From the NCBI GenBank assembly GCA_965263355.1, contig CBDHHL010000032.1:1280001-1344000 (forward strand): a DNA stretch of 64,000 nt. Direction: 5' to 3'. Position numbers and translations under genes: made by a program. The notes below the pieces were generated by a model that did not search any database, had not been told where the DNA came from, and saw nothing but the letters and a program-made list of their open reading frames with translations. Shown piece after piece: positions 61,149 through 64,000 of the stretch. Every line of letters starts with the position of its first letter. Within the stretch, counting starts at the first letter, position 1. This stretch comes from Leptolyngbyaceae cyanobacterium. GTDB lineage: Bacteria > Cyanobacteriota > Cyanobacteriia > Phormidesmidales > Phormidesmidaceae.

Positions 61149-61376
61149 AGACAAACGTTTTGAACTGTAAACCGCAAAGTTGAGATCGCCACCACCAGGG
61201 AAACAAGTAATCTTATCTCCCCTATTTCCAGACCTGACACTAACAGCGGCTCAAGTGCTCGCTGCGGGGGCATAATACTACATGTATTTAGAACTCATGA
61301 AACCCAGTTCTGGGAGTTTTGGGTTTGATGAGTTCAACCCAACCTACAAAATGAACATGTTATTTAATCCTTATTT

Positions 61377-61985
61377 CTAACTAAAAACTCGTTTTAATGA
61401 AAGTACAAACCCAGGTAATACATCTTCACCAGATAAGGTAGCTGGATTTTCTAATATCTCAACCGTCTGCCCTGGACGATAAATTTCCACTTGTTTATGC
61501 TTCGGATTAATTAACCAGCCCAATTGCGCACCATTATCTATATACTCCTGCATCTTGTTGCGAAGAGATGAAAGACTGTCAGTCTTGGAGCGTAGCTCAA
61601 CAACAAAATCAGGACATAGCGGAATAAATCCCTCACGCTGTTCAGGCGTCAATGTATCCCACCGCTCTTGACGCACCCAAGACATATCAGGAGACCGATT
61701 TGCACCATTTGGTAAGTCAAACCCCGTGGACGAATCAAATGCAATTCCAAGGGTATCATTCGCCTCAAACCAAACACTGAGCTGTCCCGTGATGCTGAAA
61801 TTACGATGGCCAGTTTCGCCACCCGTTGGTGGATTGACAATTAGATGTCCCGTAGCAGTACGTTCAAGCCTAAGCTCACGATTAGCGGCAGCCAGTGCTG
61901 CAAACTGCTCATGGGTCACCTGTAGAGCAATATCACTGGGAAGCTGCAGCAAAAGCGGTTTAAGTTTAGACGAAGCTTGTACCAT
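61377..61985 (-). CDS. Uma2-family endonuclease
   Basis: LERTATG.L, FDSSTGF.LPNGA.RSPD, CPDFVVELRS and GWLINP. Confidence 0.92.
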   Translation of the reverse strand: MVQASSKLKPLLLQLPSDIALQVTHEQFAALAAANRELRLERTATGHLIVNPPTGGETGHRNFSITGQLSVWFEANDTLGIAFDSSTGFDLPNGANRSPDMSWVRQERWDTLTPEQREGFIPLCPDFVVELRSKTDSLSSLRNKMQEYIDNGAQLGWLINPKHKQVEIYRPGQTVEILENPATLSGEDVLPGFVLSLKRVFS

Positions 61986-62194
61986 CAGAGGTCAACCCTT
62001 ACGGTTGTATCATGATTTATTCTAACCCTTTTAAGAATGAGGAATTCGGAGTTCGGAAAAAATAGGAACTTGGAATTTGGCATTTAACTTTCCGATTTCC
62101 GAGGGCGTCCAGAGGATTTATTCAAACTTTCAAACGTCCGACTTCATCCCGTCCTTCCCTTACAATAAAAACGCCCTAGCGCAATGGTTCACCC

Positions 62195-63757
62195 ATGGTC
62201 CCCCTGCCCCTAAAATTCTTTAATACTGCAGGGCCTTGCGACCCAGAAATCCACTATATGCTGCCCCCCACGGCCCGTCTGCCGCAGCTCAAAACCCTGA
62301 TTAGCCAGCGCAGCTACTTTGTTATCCATGCCCCTCGCCAAACTGGCAAAACCACCGCCATGCTGGCCCTGGCCAAAGAGATGACTGCCAGTGGCCAGTA
62401 TGCAGCTGTATTAGTATCAGTCGAAAGTGGTGTTCCCCTTGGTAAGGATATTCATGCGGTTGAACGGGCTATTCTTCAGGCCTGGAGAGAAGACGCAGAA
62501 GACCAACTCCCCAAAGAATTATGGCCCCCACCCTGGCCCCCTGCCGAAACCAGTCAGGCGATCCGCTCTGCTCTGCGTGCTTGGGCTAAAACTTGTCCTC
62601 GGCCTGTGGCATTGTTTATTGATGAAATCGACGCCCTCCAGGACCAGGCTTTAATCTCGATACTACGCCAACTGCGGGCAGGCTATGCGGCCCGTCCCAA
62701 AGCCTTTCCCCACAGCGTTGCCCTGATTGGTTTGCGCGATGTACGCGACTATAAACTAGCCTCCGGTGGCAGCGACCGGCTGCAAACTGCTAGCCCGTTT
62801 AATATCAAAGTCGAATCCCTGACCCTGCGAAACTTCACTCAGCCAGAAATCGCAACCCTTTATACTCAACATACAGAGGCCACAGGCCAAATATTTCACC
62901 CCAACGTAATCAGTCAGGTTTATCATCTGACCCAAGGTCAACCTTGGCTGGTCAATGCCCTGGCCCGACAGCTGGTAGAAGTCATCGCCCCAACCCCCAC
63001 AAAGACAATTACCCAAGACCTGGTTAATCAGGCAAAGGAACGCTTGATCCAGCGTCGTGATACCCATATTGATAGCCTGGCTAAACGCCTGCAGGAACCT
63101 AGGGTTAAGGCAATTTTAGAACCTATGCTAGCGGGGCAGCCCTTGGGGAATGTGGCCCCCGATGATATTGATTTTGTTTTGGACCTGGGCCTATGCCGAC
63201 TGGATGAGACTAATAGCCTGGTGATTGCTAATCCTATTTACCGGGAGGTGATGCCTCGTATGTTGGCCTTTTCCACTTCGGTTTCTCTGAACTATATTCA
63301 ACCTACCTGGCTCACCGACAGTGGTCATCTCGATACTGATAAACTGCTTGCCGCTTTTTTAAACTTTTGGCGGCAGCATGGTTAGCCGCTATTGCAAAAT
63401 GTTAGCTATCACGAAATTGCGCCCCACATTGTGATGATGGCTTTTTTGCATCGGGTGATTAATGGCGGTGGCACCCTCGAACGAGAGTATGCGATTGGTC
63501 GCGATCGCATGGATCTATGCTTACGTTATCAGAGCGTTATCCTCGGCATTGAACTTAAAGTTTGGCGACAGAATCGCCCCGATCCACTCGCTGCGGGCTT
63601 AGAACAACTTGATCGTTATCTGGCTGGACTCAGTCAAACTACCGGTTGGCTTGTTATCTTCGACCAGCGCGATCATCGTCCTCCCATGGCAGAACGCACC
63701 ACCACCAAACAAATAAAGTCTCCACAAGGTAATACAATTACTTTGATTCGAGGCTAG
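62195..63757 (+). pseudogene. AAA ATPase with a C-terminal PD-(D/E)xK-like domain, interrupted by an in-frame TAG at 63383-63385
   Basis: HAPRQTGKTT, IDEID and SPFNIK, then WRQHG*PLL...YHEIAPH...REYAIG..RMDL...IELK in the same frame. Confidence 0.82.
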
Positions 63758-64000
63758 GGAGAATGGCAGTCTTGCGAGACAAGGTCCACAAATTACATGC
63801 ACTCCGCTAGGTACTGACTTTATATTGACATAGGCACTGTAATCATCTATAGATAGCGACACTTATGACAGTTAGTGAGTATGTTACTGGTGTCAGCCTA
63901 ACGTCCTGGTTTCTAGAATACAATTCCCATAAGCTTATTGAGAGAATGGCTTTAAATCATTACAAGTAAGCGTTTCTCAGTTGTCTTGACTATAGTAACA

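Overview
This is a cyanobacterial chromosomal window. Frequent HIP1 octamers (GCGATCGC), an NtcA-type nrrA promoter, GUN4/Uma2/PEP-CTERM families and the general gene set suggest a Leptolyngbya-like filamentous organism. Most of it is ordinary gene content: aquaporin, NhaC antiporter, lexA, HerA-like ATPase, ABC and RND transporters, sugar transferase, azlC/D, radical SAM protein, nrrA, grxD/bolA, S8 protease, tRNA-Pro, phosphohexomutase and trmO. Three accessory zones stand out. (1) 0-13.7 kb holds a dynamin-like GTPase pair with a lipase-like gene, IS debris, and a CHAT-TIR-AAA_35 / AAA_35-TM-GUN4 pair. The GUN4 tip contains a G-rich, almost A-free segment next to a structured non-coding element and a convergent RAYT-type HUH transposase remnant. 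(2) An AT-rich island at about 43.5-49.2 kb encodes ribosomal protein bL27 fused to an Xre/MbcA/ParS-type antitoxin domain, followed by a RES-domain toxin and an AAA-ATPase/TPR pair. (3) tRNA-Pro carries 3'-derived tandem repeats. MITEs, REP-like palindromes, a candidate sRNA, an HNH remnant missed by the ORF track and several frameshifted or amber-interrupted genes are also present. All family calls come from motif recognition by eye; no database searches were run.
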